Below are positions 1-13,900 of a DNA stretch of 64,000 bases, piece after piece. The notes beneath the pieces were generated by a model, which was not told the origin of the DNA, ran no database searches, and worked only from the letters and a program-made list of their open reading frames with translations. Source of the stretch: Camelus ferus. Taxonomy: Eukaryota. The position numbers and the translations under genes were made by a program. Within the stretch, counting starts at the first letter, position 1. Each line of letters starts with the position of its first letter. The DNA lies in the NCBI RefSeq assembly GCF_009834535.1, contig NC_045696.1, positions 46,874,001 through 46,938,000 of the forward strand, read 5' to 3'.

Positions 1-419
1 TTTGGATTCAAGCACTGAAAGTTGTTTAAATGCAAATTATTTTCTAGGTGGTAGAGACATTATTATTCATTAATATTTGGGCTTTAATGAGTCTATCAGC
101 TTAGAAGAGAATGAGCCAGAGTCTTGGTAGAAGCCAGAGAGATTTGTTTTAATCACGATAGACGGAAAAGAAAGAGTGAAATCCGAAATAGTATAGAAAC
201 TATAGCTGTAGACTCAAGGGATAGCATAAGGACACTAGTTACATGGATGAGATAAGATGGAGAAAGGAAAGTGGGAAAATGGGAAGTAAGGTAGCTCCCC
301 GAGTCCACAGGTCATTTCTGGCAGGAGCCCCTACAGGCTCTTCCCTTGGCAGGAGTGTTTGTAGAAACCCTTGTTGAGACACTGACACATTTCACATTTG
401 CTATAGCGTCACTGTTTCC

Positions 420-1500
420 AGGGATTTATTTCGTTATTCAAAAACACTGCACACCTAGTACATGCCTAGGCACCGTGTGGGTATATCAGGAAAGCAGACC
501 AGACGGAACCCTGCCCTGAAGGAGCTTGTGTTTTAGCGGGGAGGTGGAGAGAGATGACAGACACTATTCGTAAGGGAAGTGTGGTGCGTTAAGTGGGGAT
601 AGAGCTGTGGAGAAGAGGAAAGCACTGAGAGGGGCTGGGAAGGAGGGCCGTTTTAAATAAGGGGGTCAGAGAAGGCTCACCAGAAGGTGACGTTTGAGTA
701 AAAAGTAAAGAGGAAGTAAGCCCCGCCAGTGTCAACAAGGAGATCATTTCCAGCAGAGGGGACAGTAAAACGCAAGGTCCAGCTTCAGGAGCCTGCCTGG
801 CTCATTTGAGGAAGAGCAGGGGGTTGGAGGAAGTAGGGGTTCTGGGGAGAGTGGACAGCGTGGGCAGATGAGAGTGAGCACATGGGGAGAACAGCAGGGG
901 AAAGGGCAGACAATCATGGGTGGAGGGTTCAGTTCACACAGGGCCTTATAAGACTTGACTGGGGTTGGCCAGAGATGGTAAATGTCATTAGTAGGTCATG
1001 AGGCTTCTGTTGCAACTTTTTGATGATCCTGTTGGAGCACAAGATAAACTAATGAATGTGGCTGTGTTTCAATAAAACTTTAATTACAAAAACAGGTGGC
1101 AGGCCAGATTTGGCCCATGCTGATCCTTGGGTCATTGGAATAATCCATAGGAGAGATGAAGGTGGCCTGGACCAGGGTTGTAGCAGTGAAGTTGACAAGA
1201 AGGGGTCAGATATGAGCTACATTTTGAAGGTGGAGCCCACAGGACTTGCTGTCAGACCAGATTGGGGTGCAGGGGTGGTGTGAGAGATCCAAGGAAACCA
1301 AGGAGAGAAACCAAAGATGACTCCAAGGCTTGAAAAACTGGAGAAATAGAGTCACCACTGCTGAATTAAATAAATGGAGAAAACCTAGCAGGGAGGTTTG
1401 GGGTAGGATTGAGAGGAGGGATATCAGGAGGTGGTTTGGGAAATGAAAATGTAAGATGTTATTAGGATAAAGGAATGGGATTGGATATTCCCTGACTCTC
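420..1500 (-). mobile_element. L2 LINE fragment (3' region)
   Basis: Typical antisense L2 motifs: ccctgccctgaaggagcttgtgttttag, gagagatgaaggtggcctggaccagggt, gatgactccaaggctt. Confidence 0.75.
960..1130 (+). mobile_element. MER58A-like hAT MITE inside L2
   Basis: gtggctgtgtttcaataaaactttaattacaaaaacaggtggcaggccagatttggccc. Confidence 0.8.
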
Positions 1501-3244
1501 CTTCTAGTTCTAATATCCTGTGATTCCACAACCGTGAGAGAGCGAACATCTACCCAAGTGGCTTCTGCTGTGATCGTATCCTTCAGGGAGACCTTCCACA
1601 CTGCATTACTCCATCTTCCCCAAATGCAATTGGCGATTATGCTAGCTAGAGATCAGTTGCTGGAAGGGAGAAACACTGCAAAGGAGGCAATTGCCAGCTG
1701 AAGCTAGCAGGGGGACTTGGAAGAATGGCATATATGGAGGATGTGCTGGGGGAGGCTTTGGGGGCTGGAGGCAAATTCCTGTGTATCTTAGTTTCCTGGA
1801 GGTTATCGGTAGTGGAGTGTCATCAGCGACCAGGCTAAGAATGTTCAGTTTGTTTTCCGAGAAAAAGCAAGGCATCTTCTTCAACCTCACCTCCACTCCA
1901 CTCTCAGCACAGCCACACTTCAGACACACTCACCCTCTGCCTAGATACCCCGGAGCCGGGTGCTGACACTGACGACCCCTGGGGACCCACGGACACAGAC
2001 TCGGTCTTTGTCATTAGCTTCTCCTGGCAACTTCCCTTCCTCTTCTCTCTCATCTCTCCTCCCTGGGAACTATGTTTTTCATCTGCCCAAATTCTTCCCA
2101 CCCAAGAAGTGGCTCAGTGCCAGCGAGGTTGTTTGCTGTGTGGAGAGCTGGCAAACCACTTTGGGAGTGAGCTGATAGTAATATATTTAAAATATGAGCA
2201 TTTATCAGAGCAGCAGATGGAGGCAGCAGAGTGGAGCTCCCAGAACGGAGGGCAGGGAGTGTTTCATTCGAGTGGAAAGCGCGCACCAACTAGACTCAGC
2301 TGGCACTGGCTCCCGAAACCCATGAAGGGAAGGAGGAAAACAAAAAAGGCCACCTTTGTGCTAGGTTCCGGAGGTCACAGCATTCCCTGACCGAGAGTCC
2401 TCAGTGCCTCAAAGACTGCATTCACTCCACGATGGGAAGGAAAACCCTTCGTGGTTGCTTTCTGTAACATATTTTACTTCCCTAAAGCTTAGTAATTTTA
2501 ATAAAAATTCCGAAGCTCAGAACAAATGGAAATATAGATTGTTTCATTTATATATGCGTGCATTCATTCATTCAACAAACGTGTATTACGTGCCTAGACA
2601 CACCAGGAACTGTGGCATACTCTGGGACAGAGAATCAGGCAGATGTAAATGTTGTCATTCTTAACTATTACAACTGTCAGAAGCAAATCCTTTTAAATTT
2701 TTTAATCACCATCCTCACAACCCACCCCTAAAAGTACAAATATATTCAAGACCTTTGAACTAAAGGAGTATATTTTTTCAGTGGTACATTTCCTCAAGGC
2801 CCAAGTGCTATACTCAATATATTAGCGGGGAAAACCCTCATGATATTCATTTCGAATACTCTGAGAAGAGCATTGTTTTTTGTCATGTCAGGATAAAGTA
2901 GATAGATCAGAAAACATTCCTTTGTTATGGATGACAATATCTCTAATCTACATACTCTGAGTTATTCTTTGTATTTTGTTTTTTGTCTTTTAAACCATTT
3001 ATTCATCAACCTTTGTCGAGCATTTATTCCATTTGAGATTGTGTGAGCTCCTGGGCAGGGACGAAGGTGATTAAGAGCATTTCTGCCCTTCACACCTCCT
3101 CCTGCACTGCAAGAGGCTGGACCAGAACTACATTCAAGGGAGCCAAGGGTCATGGACGGAAAGAGCCAGGGGGCACCAGGGATTGAGAGGGGACTGTGAT
3201 GAGGGTGATGGAGGCTTAAAGGCAGCGCTAGAGTGGATCAGGCC

Positions 3245-3910
3245 AGCCAATAGCTCTCAGAAGGTATTGTCCCTTCAGGAGTTTGAAAACCTTAGGGGGC
3301 ATTATAGGTGGTCATTGATGGGAGGACAGCTCTGGCATTTAGTGGATGAAGGCCAGAGATGCTAGAGGTCTTGCTCTGCGTGGTTTGGTTCTAAATAACA
3401 AAGACCCATTCTGCATCCAACATGATGGTTGAGTGTCCTACCAGACATTCATCTAGGTGAAAATCTGGTTATAATTATCTGAGCCCCAAACCCTAACTCA
3501 TGTCACATATAAACAGAAAGTAAACTTTGCACAGTTTTAATAAAAACTGCATTTCCAGGAATACAACTCCCTTATGGATCAAAGAAAGATTACGTTTTGC
3601 TCTTTTGGGAATTTTGCCAGGAGTCACACACCATCCTAAACAGTCGCATTACTTTCTCATTGCTCCTGGTATTTGTGTCACCAATACAATATACCTGAAT
3701 CAGTCTTCATTTGTATCTGTCAATCCCCAGTAGTTCCATGCAAACATTTCATTACTTTGTTATATCTTTGAGTGTAGTTGTACCCAAGCATTTACACACA
3801 GAAACAAATTATATTCTATACCACTTGCATTTTTTTCATATACAGTTAAAGTATTATATTGGATTTTTAAAAATTATGAGTGTAGATGTGTTATCCACGA
3901 CGTTTATTGC
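3245..3910 (+). mobile_element. MER20/MER20B-like hAT-Charlie element
   Basis: ctctggcatttagtggatgaaggccagagatgct and ccagacattcatctaggtgaaaatctggttataattatctgagc. Confidence 0.6.
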
Positions 3911-4014
3911 AAGATAGTACAGAGCAGTTTAATTTTTTAATACATAAGAAGAGGACATTAGGTCTCTAGAGTGAAAACCAATGAGATGGACAAAGTAGGT
4001 GGAGAGAGCATTCT

Positions 4015-4152
4015 AGGCAGGACTCTAAAATTTTAATGTGAATAAGAACTACCTGGGCATTTTGTTAAAATGTGGATTCGGATTCAGTAATAATCTCCTG
4101 GGTGATGCTGATGCTGCTGGTTCATGCACCGCACTTTGAGCAGCAAAGTTCT
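4015..4152. mobile_element. MER5-like hAT MITE
   Basis: acctgggcattttgttaaaatgtggattc...ctcctgggtgatgctgatgctgctggttcatgcaccgcactttgag. Confidence 0.7.
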
Positions 4153-4269
4153 AGACAAAGGAAATTGCAGGTGCGAAGATATGACATCTCAGAAGAGTCT
4201 TTCTGGGAAACAACCCGTGACTTGGTATAACCAGATGACAAAGTGCAAAAAGGGTTGTGTGGTGGGAGG

Positions 4270-4720
4270 CAGGGTCGGAGCAGGGAGGAGCTTGTCCACC
4301 CTGTTTTGACTACACTTTGTAGACAACAGAGCGCCCTGAAAGAATTTTAAGCAGGGGTGTGTAATGTTAGATCTCTGCCCCCATGTGAGGTGGCTCTGCT
4401 GGATGTAGAAAGTCCAGTGAGAAGGCTTTTACAGCCAAGCCCAGTGAGAACATAGAAATCATCAGGACGTGAAGTGAGGAAGCCACAGCAGAAGTGGAAG
4501 GAAGAACATGGGCTTGGTGTTTTGGAGTTAGATTCACTGGGATTTGGTGTATTGAGTGTGGGTGGTGAAGGCGAGGAAGGCTCAAGAATGACTTACAAAT
4601 TCCTAGCAAGACCTCTAGGTGTACAATGATGCCATGATTGCCCAGCTTTGGAAGCAGGACATGCAAACTTGAGGACAATGTTCAGGGAAACTGAGTTTCA
4701 GAGAAGTGAATTCTAGGTGC
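4270..4720 (-). mobile_element. L2 fragment
   Basis: aagaattttaagcaggggtgtg, gtggaaggaaga, ctcaagaatgac-type L2 motifs. Confidence 0.6.
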
Positions 4721-4786
4721 CTACCCTATCAAAAACTAGGAAGCTGTCCAGTTGGACTTTGATGTGAGAACTTTTATTGAGTGTAT

Positions 4787-5630
4787 TGTGGAGAAAAGGG
4801 AACCCTTGTACACTGTTGGTGGGAATGTAAATTTCTGCCACCACTGTCTGCAAAATATCTGGAAATTAGCTTGGAGATTCCTCAAAAAAAATTAAATATT
4901 ACATAATCCAGCAATTCCACAGCTGGGTATCATCTCAAAGGAGTTAGGGTCAGGATCTCAAAGAGATATCTGCACTCCCACATTCATGTCCCATTGTGAA
5001 TCCCATTGTGAATTGCAGTGTTATTCACAACAGCCAAGGCATGGGTACGACCTCATCAACAGATGGATAAAGAAAACGTGGTATATACAAACAATGGAAT
5101 GTTTTTCAGTCTAGAAAAAGGGAATTCTGCCATGTGTGACAATATGGATGAACCAGGAGGACAGTATGCTAAGTGAAATAAGCCAGACACAGAAAGACAA
5201 ATAATGCATGATACCACTTATATGAGGAATCTAAATAGTCAGACTCATGGAAGCAGAGAGTAGAATGGTGGTTGCTGGAGCTGAGTGGGAGGCAAAAAAG
5301 GGAAAGTACCAGTCGAAGGGTGCAATGCTTCAGCTGTTCAAGATAAATAAGTCCTAGAGATCTACTGTACTGCTGAAGTGCTTATAGTTAACTATACTGT
5401 ATTGTATACTTAAAAATTTGCTGAGATGGTAGCTGTTATATGTTCTTCTCACACACAAAAAAGTAAAATAATAAGTAAGATGGCAGAAGGAAACTTTCAG
5501 AGGTGATGAATCTATTTGTGGTATAGATTGTGGAGATGGTTTCATGGATAAATACTTATCTCCAATTCATAAAGTGGAATACCCAAATTATGTACAGTTT
5601 TTTGTATGTCAATCATACCTCAATAAACTT
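4787..5630 (+). mobile_element. Old L1M (L1MA/L1MB-type) ORF2 end plus 3' UTR
   Basis: gtggagaaaagggaacccttgtacactgttggtgggaatgtaaat, atgctaagtgaaataagccagacacagaaagacaaa; ends atacctcaataaa. Confidence 0.85.
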
Positions 5631-6089
5631 TTATTTTTTAAGGGTGTGGTATCTCACCCTAATAGGCATCACTCATACAGATGTGTTCATTTGCTGTACT
5701 CTAGTGGATTTCCGAGGGAGTGGAGGAGGAGGAACATGGACAGTTCCTACAGGCTCCAAGGTTGTCCAGGCCGAGTGTTAAGGTCAGAAGAAAGGGGGGC
5801 AGTACTAACATATTGATTTTATTATGAGCAGCAGATGAAGTATTACAACCATCCAGTAGGGTCAGAGAGTAGAAGACACAGGTGGAATGAATTTACTGCT
5901 TCCCAGGGTCAATCTGTGTCTTTGTATATGTCTCTGTCTCTCTCTCAACAACCCCTCCCCCAAAGTTCTGTCTTTGCACCACCCCCAGTTTACAGACATT
6001 GGCATGGCAGTGGGTTTCAGGTGGTCCTGTGAGGTAATGGGCCAGGCGTCGCCTTTCCTGGGTTTAATTATGTCGAACTCCACCAACAC

Positions 6090-6290
6090 TATGAGCACTG
6101 AATCTTCTTTGAGTGCTAGGGGCCAGTCCTTGCCCATAATCTTGAATTGTTTGATCTCATTCGATTTTCACAGTAACTCTAGGAAGACATTTTATAAATG
6201 AGGAAAGTGAAGCTTAGAGAGGTCAGGTAATTTGCCTAACGTCTCCCAGAGAGGAAATGACAAATCTAGCTTTGACCCCATTTCTTTTCT
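6090..6290 (-). mobile_element. MIR SINE
   Basis: ttttataaatgaggaaagtgaagcttagagaggtcaggtaatttgcc core. Confidence 0.7.
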
Positions 6291-6299
6291 TCCTCCACT

Positions 6300-6680
6300 A
6301 AGATTCATTTCCTCTAACCTCTCCCAGTCACACTGAAACAAGAGCTGTCCCTCTATCACCCCATGCAGCTTCCCAGCTCTGCACATACTGAGTACTTCCA
6401 CTGGGAATCCCCTCTGATACTCAGCTGTCGGAATCCTAGCTAGTATTCTATCAAAACCCTACCCAGGGGCCACCACATCTGCAAAGACTCTCCCAAGCCT
6501 CCTGCCAAGCGTTCCCCTCCTGCACAGATCATGCTGCTCTGTAGTGATGTGTTTACAAGCCCCTCCCTCTCTCCAGGCGTGGGCTCTGGAGGCTATGGCC
6601 AATGCTAGCGCTCTAACTTCACTGTGCCTGGTAGATATCACTGTCCAGTAAAGGCTTTTGAACTGAACTGATGTGTGTAC
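6300..6680 (+). mobile_element. L2 3' end
   Basis: cagctctgcacatactgagtacttccactgggaat...cactgtgcctggtagatatcactgtccagtaaaggcttttgaactgaa. Confidence 0.55.
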
Positions 6681-8849
6681 GGTCATTAGTGGGTTCTCAG
6701 TAAATGTCACTGGACATAATCGTGCCTGGGAAGAACAAACCATTTCTAAAGAAAGTAGACAGTAGCAACAGGTAAAAAAATAAAGAAAATAAATAAATGG
6801 CTTGGAAACAGAATCATAATCTTTGAACACATTGTTTATGTACAAAACTTTTTATAAAAAGTGGGTTTTACAATGAATGTCTTCCTCTCCTGTAATCACT
6901 CACCATTAATATTAGGCTTAATTATTTAAGTTTAGTTTATAGGCAGTCAATATTTAATTAAAACATCTAATTCTTATTAGGGTTTCAATAAATAATGATA
7001 TTTAATATCTACCAATGATATTTCGGCATATAAAAACACTTAATTTTAACATAATTAGTTTTTAAATAAAATGTAACAGAAAAATTACTCTACCTGCAAC
7101 TGTACCAAATTTTAGGTTTAAATTTATTTTCATTGTATTGCTCATGTCCACAGCTTTTTCTCTTTTTTTCCCTGTTATAGTTCTTCAGTAAGGTTTATGT
7201 AAAGAAGATGGAATTTCTTCAGGCCTACAATAAAGTGGAGGAAATTAACACTGACTTAGGAAAAACAAAATATAGTTACATTTGATATACAGGAAGATAT
7301 AAAAGTGTCCACAAATAAGCATATTTGGGTTTGAACAATAAATTCCAATTTTCTGTACCTTAGGTTAATTTATTATAAATTAACAAGTATTTAAAACGTC
7401 TACAGTACTGTCTGTCCTGGCTTTTGTGATTCAGAAGAGGTTCTGGGGTTTCGAGATACACACACACATTAATATCTCCCTAAAAGCATGTGATAGAATC
7501 TGCAGGGAACAGTCACTCAGATAAGTTTATTGGAAGATCATGCTTCTCAAACTATGGTAGCCATACCTCCAAGGATTACATGACTTACTGGCCAGGAGTT
7601 ATGGGAAGGAAATGAAAAAAAAAAAGAAAAACAGCATATCTCCCTAAATTGCTAATTTAAATTAATGGATTAAACATTATTTTTGTATAAAAACCAGTAC
7701 AGATCTCTTAAGGAGGAGAATGAAAATTTCTCCTGAAATTTTAAAGATAAAAATAACAAGTGACTGCAAAGGAGTGTTGCACTTGTGGTACGCTGCTTGG
7801 GCTCTGTCCCAGACGGCTAGTCGTACGCAGGTTTTTCTTTCCTTGGGTGAAGTGGAAAAGTCAGAGAAGTGCTGTACAGGATTCACGTAGAAGTCAGGAC
7901 AATAGGAAGAGCTGCACGCCAGTTAGCACTGGAGATTGGAATGCTCTCAAAGAGCAGCGTTAGCTGGGGAAAAAAAACCCAGGATGACTCTAGCAAATGA
8001 GTTAGCTTGACAGCACCTCAGTAGTTAAGTGCTTCATCCTCTGCCCTGAAGATAACTCTGGCCAGGGTCTGTATGTCTGCTTCAGAGGTCCTTACCCCAC
8101 CAGCCAGCATGCTGTCCACTTCTTCACGTAGCTTTTGGCTTTTGTCTTCCTTACAGCTTCCACCATCCAGTAATTGCAGTGTGTCCAGCGGTCCTTCATT
8201 GCCTCTGCAGCCCACTTTCTTTCTGGGTATCTTTCCTTCTGCTCCATCTTCCAAATGTCCCAACCAATTTGTGTGCTCCATGTTAAACTCTCCAAAAGAA
8301 GGAACATAGTTCCTTCAATTAATCACAATTATCCCTATTCTGACAGTTTTTGTGCCAAGCTGCCTCATATGGCCCCGGCCGGCCTATGTGCTGTTTGCCC
8401 TCGAGTTCAGTTCCCAGTTCTGGGGAGGCTGGCTGTTGTGTCAGAGGAGGAACGCAGCCTAAGGATTAAAATCACATCAGTCTGAGGATTCACCAGGGTC
8501 AGTTGCCTCTGTGGGAGACTGTGGAAGTGTGTCATGGGCATTCTGACTCTTGCCTTCTCTAGAACAGCCCCTCTAAAGATGTCAGAAGTGGATTCGTTTG
8601 AAAGGATGAACAATTGATATATCAAGATGTGAAGGCTTTTCATTGACACCAAAATTCTGAGGATGCTTATATAGAGATTTAAAGAATGCTAACTTTGTTT
8701 GAAGGGACCACCTAGATAATATAGGTATGCTTTTTTACTTATTTTTCTTTCTCTTAAAGCTTTTTTTTTTTTTTTTGTATTTCACTTACAGAGGATTAGT
8801 TAAACATACTCCTTAGTTCCCAGCCTACCATCACTACTGGTCCATTCAA

Positions 8850-10290
8850 CGCCTCCCTTGGCTAATTTATTGATTAATTGGAATCCTCTCCACAATGTCT
8901 CTAACAGACACTTTAACCCACATCTGGAGCTCACTATCTCTAAAAGGAACAGCTTATATATAGAGCCCTCTAATTCTTAGATAATCCTTTCTTACAGTAT
9001 ATCCAAAATAACTTTCCTATAACTTTGCCTCAATGTTCCTGGGTCTTTCTTGTGGAACCACACAGAAAAAATCGATTCCTTCCTCAACTCGATAACCTTT
9101 CAACCCTGCAGCAGTCAGCTATCATAACATGTGAATCTTCACTTTTCTATATGAAATATATTCTGTTCCTTAACTAGTTCTTCATATGATGTGGGTTTAA
9201 GACATTTTACTACCTAATCACTTTCCCTTGGACAAACTCTAGCTTTTTAAACAATAACTTTTGAAACAATAACTTTTAAAAAAAATAGATATTTAAATAT
9301 TTTGAAATTGATGTGCTCTGCCAATGCAAAATCTGATGGGTACAACCTTGCCCCCCTCTTCCTTAATTTCAGTTTCTATTAATGCATCCTAAAATTTGTA
9401 TTCGTTTTTTTTGAAATAATACCACATTTTTGACTCTCATTGAACTTTAAATCTTTTTCAAGTGAACTCCTGTCAGTCCAGAGCTTTCCTACCTCGTATT
9501 TAAGTAGTTGATCCTTTGAACTTAGATGCAGAACTTAACATTTAACCCTATTAAGTTGTATATCATTAATTTCATTCCATCCTTCTCCTTTGTCAAGGTC
9601 TTTTGCAAGTTCGATTCTTCAATACGGCTTATCAGCTTTTCCTCTAACTTTCAGTCATCTATAAATTAAATAGACAAAATTTGCATTTTATCTATTCATC
9701 TGATTTACTGATTAATATGCTTAAGATTTCAGAAAAAGGGAGAGAGAATTTTAGTGTGGCTCTCAAACTTTAGCGTACAAAAGAATTATCTGGGACATTT
9801 GTTAAATGTGCAGATTACCGAGGGTCATTTCCGTAAATTTTGATGGGGTAGGACCGTGCATTTCTAACAAGCCCCACGTGTGATTCTGATGCTTTGAGTC
9901 CTAGGCCACACTTTAGAAACACATATAGAAATTTCTTTAAGCCTAAGTTGACAGTAATGTGCATTCATTCTAATAGGGTGGTTGTCTAGCACATGCTGAA
10001 CGTGTGGTTAATAATGAATGAGTAAAGGGATGAAGGAATGAAGAATGCGAGGGAAAGCTCAGCTAGCAACCTCGTTTATACTTTTCCTTTTAAATCACGA
10101 TACCAATATGATTGGGTTTTTCAAATATTTTGTTGCGATTAAGTTACACCTTTGATGGTTCCCACTGGACAAGGTGTGTTTTGTATGACCTGTTCTTCAT
10201 GAATACACATTGTCTCCTAATGATCATTGCTGTCCTTTCTGAGTGCTTACACATCATGCATTTAATTCTGCTAAAATCTGATTGAGAATG
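8850..10290 (-). mobile_element. Ancient CR1/L3 LINE fragments, interrupted by MER5
   Basis: ttccttaactagttcttcatatgatgtgg, gtcaaggtcttttg...ctttcagtcatctataaatt and atgacctgttcttcatgaatacacattgtctcctaatgatcattgc resemble antisense L3/CR1. Confidence 0.65.
9752..9922. mobile_element. MER5-like hAT MITE
   Basis: gtggctctcaaactttagcgtacaaaagaattatctggg...tgcatttctaacaagcccc...gattctgatgc...ccacactttagaaac. Confidence 0.75.
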
Positions 10291-10849
10291 AAAGGGTGTT
10301 TTATATTAATGCCCAGAGATCTCCCTCTACTAATTCCTGCTTGACTTACAAGAGATTAGGGTGTAGTTTTAGTGTTTGATTTATTTGCTCCCCTTCAGGC
10401 CTTGTTGTTCATCTTTTCTATTTAAACACATTTGCAGATAAATAAGAACCTGAGTGTCAGACGCTTCAACAAGGAAAGATTTCTTACTTTTTCCCGAAAT
10501 TTATATTTTTGAAAACTTTCAAAATCCACGGGAGGATTCAAAGACCTAGATCAACACTTGTTAGCATTTGGTCACATTGGTTTTTTCACATCTTGCTGTA
10601 GCTAGACAGCTTTTTTCCCCCTGAACCAATTGGTCATCATATTTCTTTAGTCTCTTTTAGTCTAGAACAATTCCTCTACCCTGTTTTCTGCTTTTCAGGT
10701 GAACATCTGAATTATCTGAGTTTGCTTCTTTTTGTTTGTTTGCTTGTTTAGTATGTTTTGTATTGACTTTCGAATCACATAGTTTTACATATCCAAAAAA
10801 TAAAATTAAATAATTTTCTTAAAGCTAACTTAAAAATTTGTTCCTAAAA

Positions 10850-11380
10850 GGGGATTGGAGTGGCACAGCACAGTGTTCATCACAAAGCAAATTCTGAGGA
10901 AAGGAGAGAGGTTCAGGAAGCTGGGGGAAACATTCTAGAGCCCATGAAATCTAAGGAAGCTTCAGCAAGGACATTGGGGATTTCTCCAGACAAAATCAGC
11001 CATCAGATCAGCCTCTGGTTTCCCAGGAAGGGACCTGCCTGCCTTGGTATCCCTGTCCGTACGAACGCAGAGATGGATTTCTGTCCCAGCCCCTGGGTCT
11101 GTGGGAGGAGACCTGAGAGGTGAAGCAAGGCAGCAGCACCAGAGCCACGCCCCCTTCTCAGTGTGCCCCTCACCTGATTGATTGCAGGGGTATCAAGGCC
11201 AAGTGCCTTCTTGCCTCAACTCAGGACAGATCTGGAGGGTCCCCACTGAGGCTCTGTCAAGACTTCATCACATCTCAGTCTTTGCTCAGTCCTGCTTCCC
11301 TCCTTTAACTACACTTGGTGCTGATTTTAGGAGCTCTCCCTAACAAACCCGCCGGGAGCCAGTCTCCAAGCTCCAGGCTC
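10850..11380 (+). mobile_element. ERVL solo LTR (LTR16/LTR33-like)
   Basis: cttgcctcaactcaggacagatctggagggtcc...cagtcctgcttccctcc...ctctccctaacaaacc. Confidence 0.6.
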
Positions 11381-11389
11381 TTATTAACT

Positions 11390-11530
11390 ATGTGCATACG
11401 TAATCCTCACAACGCTCAGTGGCAGGTGCTATTAGCATCCCTATTTTATAAGTAAGGACACTGAGGCATAGAGAATGGCCAAGTGACTGCTCAGAGGTAC
11501 AAAGGCTTAACTCAAACACAGGCACCTGAC
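11390..11530 (-). mobile_element. MIR SINE
   Basis: taatcctcacaac...ctattttataagtaaggacactgaggcatagagaatggccaagtgact. Confidence 0.75.
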
Positions 11531-12327
11531 ATCCCTGCCTCCCCCTGACCTGCCACAAGTGGCTCTCATCTGTGACAGAGATTGCCGTTGGCACACACAT
11601 TTTCCTAGTTCTATTACATTTTCAAGATGCTTTGCTAAGCAAAGATGTAGAAAACTTCCTGGAGATTTAAGATGGGAGGGCATTTGTCCTGATTGTGTAA
11701 GAAAAGCAGGTAAGAGCAATCTAACCTGAATCTCTGTTCTTCCATAGGGCTTTAGACCTGGCAGGGAGTTCCTGTCACCTTCTAAGCCAATTCCCTGGAG
11801 CTCAGTTTTCCTCTGGTGACATGAGACACCTGCCACTCCCAGTCCTGGAAAGGGAAAGAATATGCACAGCACAACAAAACAAAACAAAACAAAAACCACA
11901 ACCCAAAAGAGAGATAAATGGGCTTCCCTTCCCTAAGACAAGGGGCAGTTCTTGTTTCCTGACCTGTCTGGGTACATATTCAGAGCTTGTATAATGTAGC
12001 TAAACCAGCCAGTTTGGCATTATGCGATCTGCTTTGCTTTCAACAAGTTCTTTATGCATATATTTATCGAAGTGCAGCCAGTTTTACAATGTTGTGTCCA
12101 TTTCTGGTGTACAGCACAGTACTTCAGTCATATAGGAACATACATATATTCGTTTTCATATTCTCAACAAGCTCTTTAAGATGTGACTTATTTAAAAATC
12201 TTCACAAATCTACAAGGTCAAAATAGCCACTTCCATCTATAGGGAGACTGAAGGAATTATCAAGGCTACTTTTGCAATTCACAGCTGGGAAGTCTTTCCA
12301 CTCCAATGATTTTTTCAGGCCAAAATG

Positions 12328-12421
12328 TAGGATGACCAACTGTCCTGCTTTTGACTGGGGCTGAGAGGGGTCCCAGGATGTGACACTTTCTTTGGAGATC
12401 TGGGGAGAGTTGATCATCCTA
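12328..12421. mobile_element. MER81-like hAT-Blackjack MITE
   Basis: Terminal inverted repeats taggatgaccaact...agttgatcatccta. Confidence 0.7.
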
Positions 12422-13799
12422 CAATAGATACTTTATGACCCAGCATTGTTATGTTACAGGAAATCCCTGCCCCTCTATTGTAGATACTTTCTATTATCTC
12501 AAAAATATTTATATTTTATTATTAAACTAGAAAACTTAGAAACCATGGAAGGAAATAAAGGAGAAACTAACACCCTCAAATGAGTCCATAATGCAGAGAT
12601 CACTATTTAAACCTCCTGGCACCTTGCGTGCAGTTTTCTTTGTGTGCGTGTGTATGGGTGTGTTTGTATACATATATTTTACAAATCTAAAATTGTGCCG
12701 TACAAATAATCCTGTACTTTGATTTTCACTTAGCATGAGCATTCTTCCATATCAGTAAATACTTTCTGAAAACACCATTGCTAATGATTGCATAATTTCC
12801 ATTGAGGATACGCTATACTTTATTTAACCATTCTCCTATTGCTCAGCATTTAGGTTAATTTTTGCTGTTGAAGATTATGTTGCTGTGAATATCTTTGGGT
12901 TTCTAATGATTTCTTCTGGAAAGGTTTTCTAGGACCATATTGAGTGAAAAGTTATGAGCTTAGTTAAAGCTACTGAATCCTACCTCCGAAATGCTTCCGG
13001 AAAAGGTTATATATCAGCAGTATTTACATCTGCTCCACGGAACTCCCGCTAGCACTGAGTAGTTTTCCAATCTGGATCAATGTTATAGGTTAAAAAAAAA
13101 GTTACCCTAAATAATCTGCATTTCTTTGTTTGCTAATGAAGTTTAAACATCTTTCACATTATTCTCATTTGGACTTTCCTAGAAATTGTTCATATATTTT
13201 CTCATATTTTACATTTAATATCTTGCTGCTTAATTTATATGGGCTCTTTACAGGCTAATTATAATAACTTTGAATATCATACTTCTTTCAAATACTTTTC
13301 GTGGTTAATTGTTGGATAAATGTTTTTAAAATAATGACCCTTAAAAGCCTTCAATGTTTACGAGCTTGAAGCAGTACAGCAAACTGTACGCTCAGACACA
13401 TACAACCTTTGGGGGAGGTCTATGCTTTTGTTATGGAAACGACAGGCCAGCCAAGAAACAAGCACCACTCGGAGGGTTGGAGTACTCAGATGTATTACGC
13501 CAGTGGGCTCAGAGGGGCTTCTGCTCCGAAGCTCTGAGCACCTCCAAGACGTGCCCGTGAGGTTTTATAGGGTAAAGTACAAGCTTGGGGTATTCGGCCA
13601 ATAGGCATGGAACAGCTTTAGCAGCATCATTATCACAAAAGTGGAGTCAGGGAGGCAGCAAACCAACATTCCAAAGTCAGATATGTCTCTTTGAAAATCC
13701 AGCTGGCTAGCAAAAAACATGAACAGCAAACCAACACTAATTAACCTAGATTTACAAGTTAGTACAGCAGAACTCAGATCAGTATTCCGATACTTAGAT

Positions 13800-13900
13800 T
13801 TGTGAGTTATCTTGTTAGCCCAGCCCAGCCTCTCCTTCACATTCCTTGAGTTGTGAGTTATGTTGTTAGACCAACCCGGCTTTTCCTTCACACTTTCCCT
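13800..13900. repeat. Diverged 51-bp tandem duplication (2 copies)
   Basis: ttgtgagttatcttgttagcccagcccagcctctccttcaca versus ttgtgagttatgttgttagaccaacccggcttttccttcaca. Confidence 0.85.

Noticed and set aside
4989..5013. Short 11-18 bp direct duplications (here and near 9250, 42985 and 46442)
   Set aside because: Common slippage events, mostly inside repeats.
8298..8316. Palindrome GAAGGAAC-ATA-GTTCCTTC as a steroid response element
   Set aside because: Spacing does not fit RGNACA-nnn-TGTNCY, and an 8-bp stem is expected by chance.
8018..8485. Overlapping 70-100 aa ORFs on both strands
   Set aside because: No recognisable protein family and no consistent exon chain.
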